Under the pieces are notes generated by a model. It was not told the origin of the DNA. It ran no database searches and worked only from the letters and a program-made list of their open reading frames with translations. Made by a program: the position numbers and the translations under genes. A stretch of DNA of 64,000 nt, taken from positions 20,358 through 84,357 of the forward strand of contig CAMUZU010000006.1 in the NCBI GenBank assembly GCA_947165295.1. Direction: 5' to 3'. Below, piece by piece: positions 18,150 through 25,940 of the stretch; the stretch's first letter is position 1; each line of letters opens with the position of its first letter. This stretch comes from an uncultured Selenomonadales bacterium (GTDB taxonomy: Bacteria > Bacillota > Negativicutes > Selenomonadales > Selenomonadaceae).

Positions 18150-19057
18150 ATGAACGAACAGCAACTGATTGACGCGGCAGAAAACGGCGACGTTTCCGCC
18201 ATGAAAACTCTTGCGAAATTTTACGCGCAACAATCAAGAGGCGGCAACGACGACAAAGTCGGTGACGTTGTTTCCTTTGATTCGATTTTTAAAGAGCCGA
18301 AACGCAAGCCCGAACTTGAAGCGAAGGTTTACAAATATTATCGCATGGCGGCCGAAGCAGGCGACGCCGAATCAATGACCGAGACCGCGAGTCGAATTTA
18401 TGACGATATCGGTACCGAACAAAATCGGCAGAATACGAAATGTGGTATCGTCGCGGAGCCGAAGCGGGCGACCCTGTTGCAATGCGCGTTGTGGCGTTCA
18501 GTTCCGGTGACCCCGTCGAAAAATTTAAGTGGTACGAACTCAACGCCAAACTCGACAAGCCCGGTTTGAATAAACAGAACTCAATCAAGGAAACTGCCAT
18601 AAATTACGCGGCGGGACGCGGCACCGATGTAAATCTTGAACGCGCCGAACATTGGCTTGCCCAACTCGACGAAAAAGACGCCGCTCGATTACAACATGGC
18701 GGCGATCAAAACGTGCGCTGATGATTTATCGCGGGCTTGGCGTCGAACGCGATGTTGACGAAGCATTTTCGTTGTTCGGCAACATTGAAGGTCGTCGCGA
18801 AAAGTTTCCGATGGTTTACAGATTTAACAGCGTCGCCCGATATTACGTCGCAAAAATCATGGAAGAAACTTCCGGCATGGACGAGGCAACCGTCAATCGA
18901 AGGCAATTTTCCTTACAGAATTGAAGCGGCAAAAAAACTCATGTGGATGTACGACATTGGCGAAGGCGTTTGCCGCGACGAAATCGAAGCGGACAGGTGG
19001 CGCAACAAAGCGAACGACCTTGTCAATCAAAGTAAGATGTTTATCAATCAAGACTGA
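18150..19057 (+). pseudogene. Sel1-repeat protein gene disrupted by three frameshifts
   Basis: Four overlapping ORFs (18150, 18440, 18652, 18737) in frames 0/2/1/2 together spell continuous Sel1 units (WYRRGAEAGDPVAM..., LMIYRGLGVERDVDEAF..., KKLMWMYDIGEGVCRDEIEADRW). Confidence 0.7.
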
Positions 19058-19138
19058 GCGTTAAATATTCGGTTGAGCGTGTCGAATTTCTTGCGGACAA
19101 TTTGGCACGCTTGCTTTTTTCCGAAAGGAGCACGCGAC

Positions 19139-19885
19139 ATGAAACTTGCCGACATTGAAAAAAAAGTTGACGCGCTTGACGATGCCGACGCCGAAATCGA
19201 AAACGAAATTGCCGCGCTCAAAGACACTTACGAATTAATTTGTCGCGGTGAAGAATTTCAAAGCAACGGCAGAATTCGCCTTGCACTGAAATGTTTTTGG
19301 AGTGCCGGCTACGGCGACGGCTTTGTATCTGCGGCGAAAATTTTTTGCGATATTTTGTCCGACGGATACGCGGCTCTGCACCTTTACCGTTATGCAATTC
19401 GTGGTTTGTCGGAGTCTGTGGCGTTCACCGTCACGCCTGAAGAACAGCTTTTGCGGAAGATTTTCGGCGAAGAAGAACGGCCTGTTGAGCGGCAATATCC
19501 GTCCACATTTTATCTTGAGGCACTGCGCGGGCAGGCGGAAATTTTTCGTTTCGGCATTGTCGGCGTTCCCGCTGACGGACGCAAAGCTTTGAAATATTAC
19601 AAGCGAATCGTCGAAATTATTTTCGGCACGCTCGACATTCATTCGCTTGACGACGCCGAAAAATTTAAACGAATTCGCGCCGACGGTGAACGCGGTCATC
19701 AATACGCCGTACGTGCGCTTGGCGACATTGCGAACATTTATGGCAACGGTGAGGCGGGCATTCGTCCCAACCCGCGCAAAACCGAAAAATTTTACGAATT
19801 GGCAACTTACTTGGATCACGAGTATTTGCTTGATGAAAATTTTCGGAGTTGGCGGCGCAATGAATACGAACGAGAATTTGACTGA
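19139..19885 (+). CDS. Sel1/TPR-like repeat protein
   Basis: 248 aa from ATG 19139 after AAAGGAG, with degenerate Sel1-like units. Confidence 0.6.
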   Translation: MKLADIEKKVDALDDADAEIENEIAALKDTYELICRGEEFQSNGRIRLALKCFWSAGYGDGFVSAAKIFCDILSDGYAALHLYRYAIRGLSESVAFTVTPEEQLLRKIFGEEERPVERQYPSTFYLEALRGQAEIFRFGIVGVPADGRKALKYYKRIVEIIFGTLDIHSLDDAEKFKRIRADGERGHQYAVRALGDIANIYGNGEAGIRPNPRKTEKFYELATYLDHEYLLDENFRSWRRNEYEREFD

Positions 19886-20843
19886 CTGTCGACAACGGGC
19901 GAATCACGGCGACATTTCCGCCATGCGTGAACTTGGCTTTGAGTTGCGCAACGAGGCCGAACGAAATTATTCTGAAGCGTTCAAGTGGTTTATCAAAGCG
20001 GCAAATTTCGGCGACGCGTCGGCATTGCTGATTGTCGGCGACATGTGCCGTTTCGGGCAAGGCACGCCCCGCAGTCCGCAAAAAGCTTTGGATTGTTACA
20101 AAAAAGTCGCGAACAATTCCGGCGTCAATCTCCTTGCGCGACGAGAAGCCGTAAGTCGAATCGCGCATACTTACGAAAATGATTTGGCGAACGGAGCCAA
20201 AGCCGTGCGTTGGTTGAAAAGATTGATTCGTCTCGGTCAACCGGCGGCGCGTTTCAAAATCGCGGAAATTTATCGTGACGGACGCGGGCTTGCTCCTTCG
20301 GGCGAAAAAGCCGTGTATCATTTCACGCAGATAATTAACGACGAAACTTTGCCCGACGATTTGCGATATTCGGCGGCGTTGGAAGTCGGCAAAATTTTTC
20401 ACGCGGGCAAAATAATCGAACGCAACGACAAAATCGCGCTCCAATGTTTCAAAATTGCCGCATGTGCCGACAAACCGATTTCGGCTGAGTCGCTCATTTA
20501 CATTGCCGAAATTTGCAGCGACGAAACCGATCCGAACGTCGAAAAAGTTGAAGTTTTGAGCGCGGCAGCCGAGGCGGGCAGTCACCGAGCGACGCGAATT
20601 CTTTCGGATATTTTTCGCGACGGAAAATTTGGCGTCAATCAAAATTACGAGCGGGCACTTGAGCTGTTGGCGAAAGATATTGCCAACGATTTCAGCATCG
20701 TTGACAAAATCATTGCTTTGCGCAAGTCGGCGACGATTTATCGCGAACTTGACCCTGCCAAAGCGGACGAACTTTCACGCGAAGCCGAACGCCTGAGCCG
20801 CGATTGGACGCGAAATTTCGACGTGTTGCAAACAAATGATTAG
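19860..20843 (+). CDS. Sel1-repeat protein
   Basis: 327 aa. HGDISAMRELGF..., KWFIKAANFGDASALLIVGDMCRFGQGTPRSPQKALDCYKKVA canonical Sel1 units. The start overlaps the previous gene. Confidence 0.75.
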   Translation: MNTNENLTDCRQRANHGDISAMRELGFELRNEAERNYSEAFKWFIKAANFGDASALLIVGDMCRFGQGTPRSPQKALDCYKKVANNSGVNLLARREAVSRIAHTYENDLANGAKAVRWLKRLIRLGQPAARFKIAEIYRDGRGLAPSGEKAVYHFTQIINDETLPDDLRYSAALEVGKIFHAGKIIERNDKIALQCFKIAACADKPISAESLIYIAEICSDETDPNVEKVEVLSAAAEAGSHRATRILSDIFRDGKFGVNQNYERALELLAKDIANDFSIVDKIIALRKSATIYRELDPAKADELSREAERLSRDWTRNFDVLQTND

Positions 20844-20854
20844 CCATTTTTTTG

Positions 20855-20885
20855 CGCACAAAAAATCCCCGTCAATCGGCGGGGA
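20855..20885 (-). terminator. Intrinsic terminator of cobQ
   Basis: TCCCCG/CGGGGA hairpin followed on the minus strand by TTTTTTG. Confidence 0.6.
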
Positions 20886-20890
20886 CAACT

Positions 20891-22342
20891 TCACGACATG
20901 ATGTCGGCAAGCAATTGCATATTTAAACTTTTGCGAACGACTGCGGCAAGGCGGTCGTAATTTTTTTGTCTTTCGGCACGAAGATTGCGCGTCGAGGCAA
21001 GCGGCGGCAAATTTTTCTTCGCACGCACGGCGTTGATAAATTGTCGGCGGAAGTCGTCGTTGTCGAAAATCCCGTGCACGTAAGTCCCGAACACCTCGCC
21101 CGTCGAAATAATCTTACGTCCGCGCAGGTTGGTCGTGCCGCTGTGAATTTCGTAGCCGTCAAGATTTTTGCCGACGATTCGGCTGTCAAGAAAGTTAAAG
21201 TCAACGTCGAGCTGAACTTGTCGCGTGAACTTTTCTGCGGCGAACGTCGTTTCGAGCGGCAAAAGTCCCAGCCCGTCAAGTTCAACGTGCGTCGATTCGG
21301 TTTTGAGCGGATCGAAAAGTTTTTCGCCCAACATTTGGAAACCGCCGCAAATTCCGACAATCGCCGCGCCGCCTGAGTGACGTTGCAAAATCTTGTCGAC
21401 GAAGTGATTTTGTCGCAGGGCAAGCAGGTCTTCGGAAGTGTTCTTGCTGCCCGGCAAGATGATGACGTCCGCCGCGTCGAGTTCGTCGGGCGTCGTCGCG
21501 TAAAAAAGTTTGACGTCCGACTCACCCGCGAGACTGTCAAAGTCCGTGAAGTTCGACAGCTTGCCGAGGCGAATCACCGCGATTGAAACGTCGCCCGCGT
21601 CCGAAGAAATTTTATCGTCGAGCGACACGCTGTCTTCGTCGTCGACGCCGAGCTTGTCAATGTACGGGACAATTCCAAGCACGGGTTTTTGAGTTTTGCG
21701 TTCAAGGAATTCGACGGCGGGCAAAAACAAATTCACGTCGCCGCGAAACTTGTTGACAATCAAACCTTTGACCAGTTCGCGTTCGTCGTCGTCCAAAAGT
21801 TCGAGCGTGCCGACGATTGACGCCAAACAACCGCCGCGGTCGATGTCGGCAACGAGAATCACGGGCGCATTGAGATGTTTGGCGACGCGCATGTTGACAA
21901 TGTCGTTCGCCTTGAGGTTGACTTCGGCGGGCGAGCCGGCACCTTCAATGATGAGCGTGTCGAATTCGGCGGACAGCTTGTCGAGCGCAACTTTGACCGC
22001 GTCGAAAGCTTTGAGCGCGTAACCCGTGTGATATTCGGCCGCACTCATGACGCCGACAGCCCGACCGTTGATGATGACCTGCGACGTTTGGTTGCCCGTC
22101 GGCTTGAGCAAAACGGGATTCATTTCGACACGCGGAGCAAGTCCGGCGGCTTCGGCTTGAGCAACTTGAGCGCGACCCATTTCGAGTCCGTCCGCCGTCA
22201 CGAAGGAATTCAACGCCATGTTTTGCGCCTTGAACGGAGCGACGCGTCGACCTTCGCGGAAAAAAATTCGGCACAGTGCCGCCGTCAAGATACTTTTGCC
22301 GACGTGCGAGCTTGTGCCTTGAAACATTAAATATTTCGTCAT
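20891..22342 (-). CDS. cobQ: Cobyric acid synthase
   Basis: 483 aa. MFQGTSSHVGKSILTAALCRIF..., NMALNS, and a C-terminal glutamine amidotransferase domain (ICGGFQMLG). Confidence 0.9.
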   Translation of the reverse strand: MTKYLMFQGTSSHVGKSILTAALCRIFFREGRRVAPFKAQNMALNSFVTADGLEMGRAQVAQAEAAGLAPRVEMNPVLLKPTGNQTSQVIINGRAVGVMSAAEYHTGYALKAFDAVKVALDKLSAEFDTLIIEGAGSPAEVNLKANDIVNMRVAKHLNAPVILVADIDRGGCLASIVGTLELLDDDERELVKGLIVNKFRGDVNLFLPAVEFLERKTQKPVLGIVPYIDKLGVDDEDSVSLDDKISSDAGDVSIAVIRLGKLSNFTDFDSLAGESDVKLFYATTPDELDAADVIILPGSKNTSEDLLALRQNHFVDKILQRHSGGAAIVGICGGFQMLGEKLFDPLKTESTHVELDGLGLLPLETTFAAEKFTRQVQLDVDFNFLDSRIVGKNLDGYEIHSGTTNLRGRKIISTGEVFGTYVHGIFDNDDFRRQFINAVRAKKNLPPLASTRNLRAERQKNYDRLAAVVRKSLNMQLLADIMS

Positions 22343-22824
22343 GACTTCATAACCTTTTCAAAACGGAAGAAATAATCGCCGCCCGTGTCCGCTGCGGGAT
22401 GATGCGGGTTGAAAAATTCCACGGCGTGAAAGCCGCATTTGTTGATGTAAAAATGCAGGTTGCGTTTGGCAAAGTAAGGCGTCGCGGTCTCCCAAACTTG
22501 AGTATCGGGGTAACGCGCTTCAATCGCCTGCCACGCCGCAAAGCCGATGTCCTTGCCGAGCAAGTCGACGTTCACGAAGAACAACAGCAGTTCATTGCGA
22601 TTGTCGGGGCGAATCACGACGACAGCTCCGCCGACGATTTTTCCCGCACGAACGATGTTCAAAACTTGCGCACCGTCCGCGTTGAAACTTTCCAAAATGT
22701 CTTCGCGGGAAATAATTTCGTCGTCGTCGCAGAAACCGGCGGCACCTTTTTGGAACGACGCCTGCAGATTGACGATAAAATCTTCGCGTTCGGCGTCACT
22801 CGTCGGGACAAGTTCAATCTTCAT
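22339..22824 (-). CDS. GNAT-family N-acetyltransferase
   Basis: 161 aa with a GNAT-like core (IVGGAVVVI...LLFFVNVDLLGKDIGFAAW). Overlaps both cob neighbours by 4 nt. Confidence 0.65.
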   Translation of the reverse strand: MKIELVPTSDAEREDFIVNLQASFQKGAAGFCDDDEIISREDILESFNADGAQVLNIVRAGKIVGGAVVVIRPDNRNELLLFFVNVDLLGKDIGFAAWQAIEARYPDTQVWETATPYFAKRNLHFYINKCGFHAVEFFNPHHPAADTGGDYFFRFEKVMKS

Positions 22825-23381
22825 TCAATCACCTCTGCAAGTTTGCGCACGTCGACGGCAAGACCCGCGACGGTCAAGAAAACTTTTTCGGCTTCGGCGG
22901 CGAGCATTTGGTTGGCAATTCCCGCCAAGTCACGGAAACGGCGCGCAAGTTTGTTGTCGGGGACGATGCCGTTGCCTACTTCGTTCGTGACGAAAATCGT
23001 CGTCGCGTCGGAAGACTTCGCCGCGTCAATCAGCTTTTGAATCAGCCGGCGCAGTTCGTCGCAAAGAATTTTTTCGTCGTCGACAACTGCCGCGCAAAGA
23101 AAGTTGCTCACGTAAAGCGTCACGCAGTCGAACAAGATCGCGTCGAAAGTTTCGGCGGCTTCGGAAATTTTTTCTTCCGCGCAGAAAGGAGCCTCGAACG
23201 TCCGCCAATTCACGCCGCGACGACTTTGGTGAAGTTTGACGCGGAAAATCATTTCGTCATCAAAAACTTGCGCGGTGGCAATGTAAGCCGCCCGACCGTT
23301 GCCGATTTTGAGCGCGAGTTTTTCGGCGAAAGAACTTTTGCCGCTGCGTGCGCCGCCCGTCACAAGAATAATTTTGCCCAC
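22821..23381 (-). CDS. cobU: Adenosylcobinamide kinase / adenosylcobinamide-phosphate guanylyltransferase
   Basis: 186 aa with P-loop ILVTGGARSGKSSFAE, YIATA and WRTFE motifs. GTG start follows GGAGG. Confidence 0.88.
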   Translation of the reverse strand: MGKIILVTGGARSGKSSFAEKLALKIGNGRAAYIATAQVFDDEMIFRVKLHQSRRGVNWRTFEAPFCAEEKISEAAETFDAILFDCVTLYVSNFLCAAVVDDEKILCDELRRLIQKLIDAAKSSDATTIFVTNEVGNGIVPDNKLARRFRDLAGIANQMLAAEAEKVFLTVAGLAVDVRKLAEVIE

Positions 23382-23533
23382 GATGTCAACCTCCGTTCAA
23401 GTCGGCGCGTTCAACCGTAACATCGCGGCTTGCGAAAACGTTGCGGATTACACCAAGAGTTCTCCCGCTTTTAAAGCGGGTGCCGCTGCGTGCGCCGCCC
23501 GTCACAAGAATAATTTTGCCCACGATGTCAACC
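23339..23533 (-). mobile_element. GCTTTAAAAGC-hairpin element (89 nt) flanked by perfect 53-bp direct repeats at the cobU start
   Basis: DRs 23339-23391 and 23481-23533 are identical. Insert 23392-23480 ends in CCCGCTTTTAAAGCGGG. Confidence 0.7.
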
Positions 23534-23594
23534 GCCAAAAAAAAGTTTTATTCTACTTGAGTGGCGATAATCCCTACTTCGCGTCGGAAAAAAT

Positions 23595-23623
23595 TTGACT
23601 AAGATTAAGCCGTGAAGTATAAT
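23595..23623 (+). promoter_or_regulatory. Sigma-70-type promoter of sigH
   Basis: TTGACT-17 nt-TATAAT. Confidence 0.6.
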
Positions 23624-23650
23624 CAGCGCGTAAAAATTGGAGGGCGCGAC

Positions 23651-24397
23651 ATGAAATCGAACGTTGAAAATTCATTTGAAGCCGAAATCGCCAACGAGTA
23701 CGCCAAGTACGAGACGCTCACGGACGAACAACTCATCGTCGAGTTCAAGGAACACGAAAACACTTCCGCGCTTGATTATCTGATTCACCGCTACCGAAGT
23801 TTTGTGCGGGCGAAGGCGCGTTCGTATTTTTTAATCGGCGCCGACCGCGAAGACATCATCCAGGAAGGCATGATCGGTTTTTACAAGGCGGTGCGCGACT
23901 TCAAGAGCGACAAGCTGTCGAGCTTTCACGCCTTCGCCGAGCTGTGCGTCACGCGCCAAATTATCACGGCGATTAAAACCGCCACGCGTCAAAAGCACAT
24001 CCCGCTGAACTCCTACATTTCGCTTAACAAACCGATTTACGACGAAGACTCCGACCGCACGCTTTTGGACGTGATAAGCGGCGTCAAAGTTGCCGACCCC
24101 GAAGAATTAATCATCAGCCGCGAAGAGTTTCTGGCTATCGAAAAGAAAATGTCCGAAATCCTCAGCGAACTTGAGTGGCAAGTTTTAATGGCTTACCTTG
24201 ACGGCAAGTCGTATCAGGAAATTGCGGCGAGCTTGAATCGTCACGTCAAGTCAATCGACAACGCGCTCCAACGGGTCAAACGCAAACTCGAACGCTACGT
24301 TGCCAGCCGCGGCGAAACGATTGACATCACCACGGTTTATCGCGGGCTGTCCACGCTTGACCGTCGGATAAAAGCGCCCGCCGTCGCACACCGCTAG
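23651..24397 (+). CDS. sigH: RNA polymerase sigma factor SigH (sigma-70 family)
   Basis: LIHRYRSFVRAKARSYFLIGADREDIIQEGMIGFYKAVRDF...FAELCVTRQIITAIKTATRQKH...LDGKSYQEIA resembles Firmicute SigH. Confidence 0.85.
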   Translation: MKSNVENSFEAEIANEYAKYETLTDEQLIVEFKEHENTSALDYLIHRYRSFVRAKARSYFLIGADREDIIQEGMIGFYKAVRDFKSDKLSSFHAFAELCVTRQIITAIKTATRQKHIPLNSYISLNKPIYDEDSDRTLLDVISGVKVADPEELIISREEFLAIEKKMSEILSELEWQVLMAYLDGKSYQEIAASLNRHVKSIDNALQRVKRKLERYVASRGETIDITTVYRGLSTLDRRIKAPAVAHR

Positions 24398-24423
24398 ACG
24401 TTCACCGCGAACGTCTTTTTTCT
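24396..24423 (+). terminator. Intrinsic terminator after sigH
   Basis: AGACGTTC-ACCGC-GAACGTCT plus TTTTTTT. Confidence 0.75.
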
Positions 24424-24439
24424 TTGGGAGGCAACGCAC

Positions 24440-25093
24440 ATGAACTTCGCGAACAAACGATTTAACGTCGCCAAAACTTTGAACTGCGGCTTCAAGCGCG
24501 ACGGTAAACTTTTCGTGCGCCGCGACGAAATTGTCAACGGCTTCACGGCGGAAATTATAATCGACGCGGGCGGCTCTGTCACGACAAAAATTTTCGACGC
24601 GGACGGCGAACCTTACACGCTTCACCTTGTCGAAGGCGCAAGCGGAAGTTTCGTCGGCAGTGTCAAAGCTGCTCACGAAAAACTTTTGACCGAAGTCGCC
24701 GCGAACTGTTTCGACGAACAAATTTATTCGAGCGCGCAGGCTTTGAAGGTCGTCGCTCACATCCGCGAAAAATTTTCGGACGCGCCGGAATTTCTTTGGG
24801 ACAAGTTCCCGAACTTCGCGGTCTTTCGTCGTGCGGACAATCGCAAGTGGTACGCCGTGATTATGGTTTTGCCGCGAAACAAGTTGCAGTTGACGGGCAC
24901 CGACGAGCTTGAGATTTTGAATCTGCGCGCCTTGCCCGACGAGTTGGACGCGTTGATTGACGGCGAGAAATATTTTCGCGGCTGGCACATGAACAAGCGG
25001 CATTGGTTGACGCTCACGCTTGACGATACGCTTGCCGACGAAGAAATTTTTTCGCGGCTTGAGCAAAGTTATCGCCTTGCCGCACGCAAATAA
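24440..25093 (+). CDS. MmcQ/YjbR-family protein
   Basis: C-terminal ...FRGWHMNKRHWLTLTLDDTLADEEIFSRLEQSYRLA is typical of YjbR/MmcQ. Confidence 0.7.
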   Translation: MNFANKRFNVAKTLNCGFKRDGKLFVRRDEIVNGFTAEIIIDAGGSVTTKIFDADGEPYTLHLVEGASGSFVGSVKAAHEKLLTEVAANCFDEQIYSSAQALKVVAHIREKFSDAPEFLWDKFPNFAVFRRADNRKWYAVIMVLPRNKLQLTGTDELEILNLRALPDELDALIDGEKYFRGWHMNKRHWLTLTLDDTLADEEIFSRLEQSYRLAARK

Positions 25094-25096
25094 TCC

Positions 25097-25125
25097 TTGC
25101 CAAAAGCTTGCCCGTCGCGTATAAT
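25097..25125 (+). promoter_or_regulatory. Promoter of the candidate antisense RNA
   Basis: TTGCCA-17 nt-TATAAT. Confidence 0.6.
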
Positions 25126-25131
25126 TTCGTC

Positions 25132-25260
25132 GACAAACAAAAATGCCCCGACCGAAGTCGAGGCGAAGTGCTTGAAGGCGGTTTTGCCCCCGGATATATA
25201 GGAAACGCAGGTTAAACCTTTTGACAGTCGCCTAAAGTGGGGACTCAGGCGGCTGTTTTG
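25132..25260 (+). ncRNA. Candidate antisense (antitoxin) sRNA, convergent with the peptide mRNA
   Basis: Starts about 7 nt after the TTGCCA-17-TATAAT promoter. Possible end at hairpin ACAGTCGCC/GGCGGCTGT plus TTTT (25224-25259), or read-through to the 25410-25443 terminator. Confidence 0.3.
25135..25164 (-). terminator. Terminator of the candidate toxin mRNA
   Basis: GCCTCGAC-TTCG-GTCGGGGC hairpin, then ATTTTTGTTTG on the minus strand. Confidence 0.5.
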
Positions 25261-25325
25261 CTGAGCAGAAGCAGAATCGCTCCAGTAAGCAATGTCACGC
25301 GGATTATGATTCTAATCACACGCAT
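25245..25325 (-). CDS. Candidate type I toxin: 26-aa hydrophobic peptide MRVIRIIIRVTLLTGAILLLLSKTAA
   Basis: My own translation; the ORF is too short for the supplied track. SD AAGGGGG lies 8 nt upstream and is paired in a CCCCC/GGGGG hairpin. The gene has its own consensus promoter and terminator. Confidence 0.45.
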   Translation of the reverse strand: MRVIRIIIRVTLLTGAILLLLSKTAA

Positions 25326-25397
25326 CGTCGTCGCCCCCTTTCTCGGGGGACTTCGAGATTCAAACCGCCCTTGCCGCGAAGGCTTCAAGCAAGACCG

Positions 25398-25426
25398 ATT
25401 ATAGCAGTTGCGTCGCCCGAATTCAA
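25398..25426 (-). promoter_or_regulatory. Promoter of the candidate toxin mRNA
   Basis: On the minus strand, TTGAAT-17 nt-(TGc)TATAAT. Confidence 0.6.
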
Positions 25427-25443
25427 GGCGGCGTTATTTTTTT
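25410..25443 (+). terminator. Plus-strand terminator upstream of hypC
   Basis: CGTCGCC/GGCGGCG stem (one G-U pair), then TTATTTTTTT. Its loop contains the -35 box of the minus-strand promoter. Confidence 0.55.
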
Positions 25444-25470
25444 GCGAACGCGTCGACACGTCAAGAAACT

Positions 25471-25499
25471 TTGCAATGCGCGGGCAAGTGGTGTATTAT
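25471..25499 (+). promoter_or_regulatory. Promoter of hypC
   Basis: TTGCAA-17 nt-TATTAT. Confidence 0.55.
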
Positions 25500-25517
25500 C
25501 TGCGCGAGGTGATAAAA

Positions 25518-25766
25518 ATGTGTTTGGCATTTCCCGCGAAGGTCGTGGCGATTGACGGCGACTTGGCGACGGTCGAGCGTGCGGGCGTGAAACGTTCGGC
25601 AAGCTTAATGCTGTTGCCCGAAGCGAAAGTCGGCGACTTCGTGCTGATTCACGCGGGTTTCGCAATGCAAACGATTGACGAGAGCGAAGTTCAAATCCGC
25701 GACGCACTTGTTGCCGAAATGAACGGAGCACCGCGCACGGTCGAAAGTCTGTCGGAGGTCTCGTGA
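25518..25766 (+). CDS. hypC: Hydrogenase maturation protein HypC
   Basis: 82 aa beginning MCLAFPAKVV, the canonical HypC N-terminus. Confidence 0.9.
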   Translation: MCLAFPAKVVAIDGDLATVERAGVKRSASLMLLPEAKVGDFVLIHAGFAMQTIDESEVQIRDALVAEMNGAPRTVESLSEVS

Positions 25767-25940
25767 TGACCGACACGTTGAAGTTGGTCAAAAAAATTTC
25801 GGTCGCTTTAAAAGCGACGGAACAGTTGACGCGTTGCGGTCGTTCAACTTTCAAGTTTGTTGCCGCGTGCGGACGTCACAAAAATTTTTACGGGAGCTTG
25901 ACAAATGGCTGATACGTTGAAACTCGTCAAAAAAATTTCG
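25766..25940 (+). mobile_element. GCTTTAAAAGC-hairpin element (103 nt) flanked by diverged 36-bp direct repeats at the hypC/hypD junction
   Basis: DR1 ATGACCGACACGTTGAAGTTGGTCAAAAAAATTTCG, DR2 ATGGCTGATACGTTGAAACTCGTCAAAAAAATTTCG. The insert starts GTCGCTTTAAAAGCGACGGAACAGTTGAC. Confidence 0.65.

Noticed and set aside
25130-25443. I considered whether the structured intergenic region upstream of hypC is a riboswitch (cobalamin, NiCo, T-box) or a housekeeping RNA (6S, tmRNA, SRP RNA, RNase P).
   Set aside because: I could find none of the signature motifs: no B12 box, T-box sequence, SRP GGAA tetraloop helix, RNase P CR-I/CR-V, or tmRNA ends and tag ORF. Consensus promoters and terminators on both strands plus a 26-aa hydrophobic ORF fit a type I TA better. 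A covariance-model scan would be decisive.
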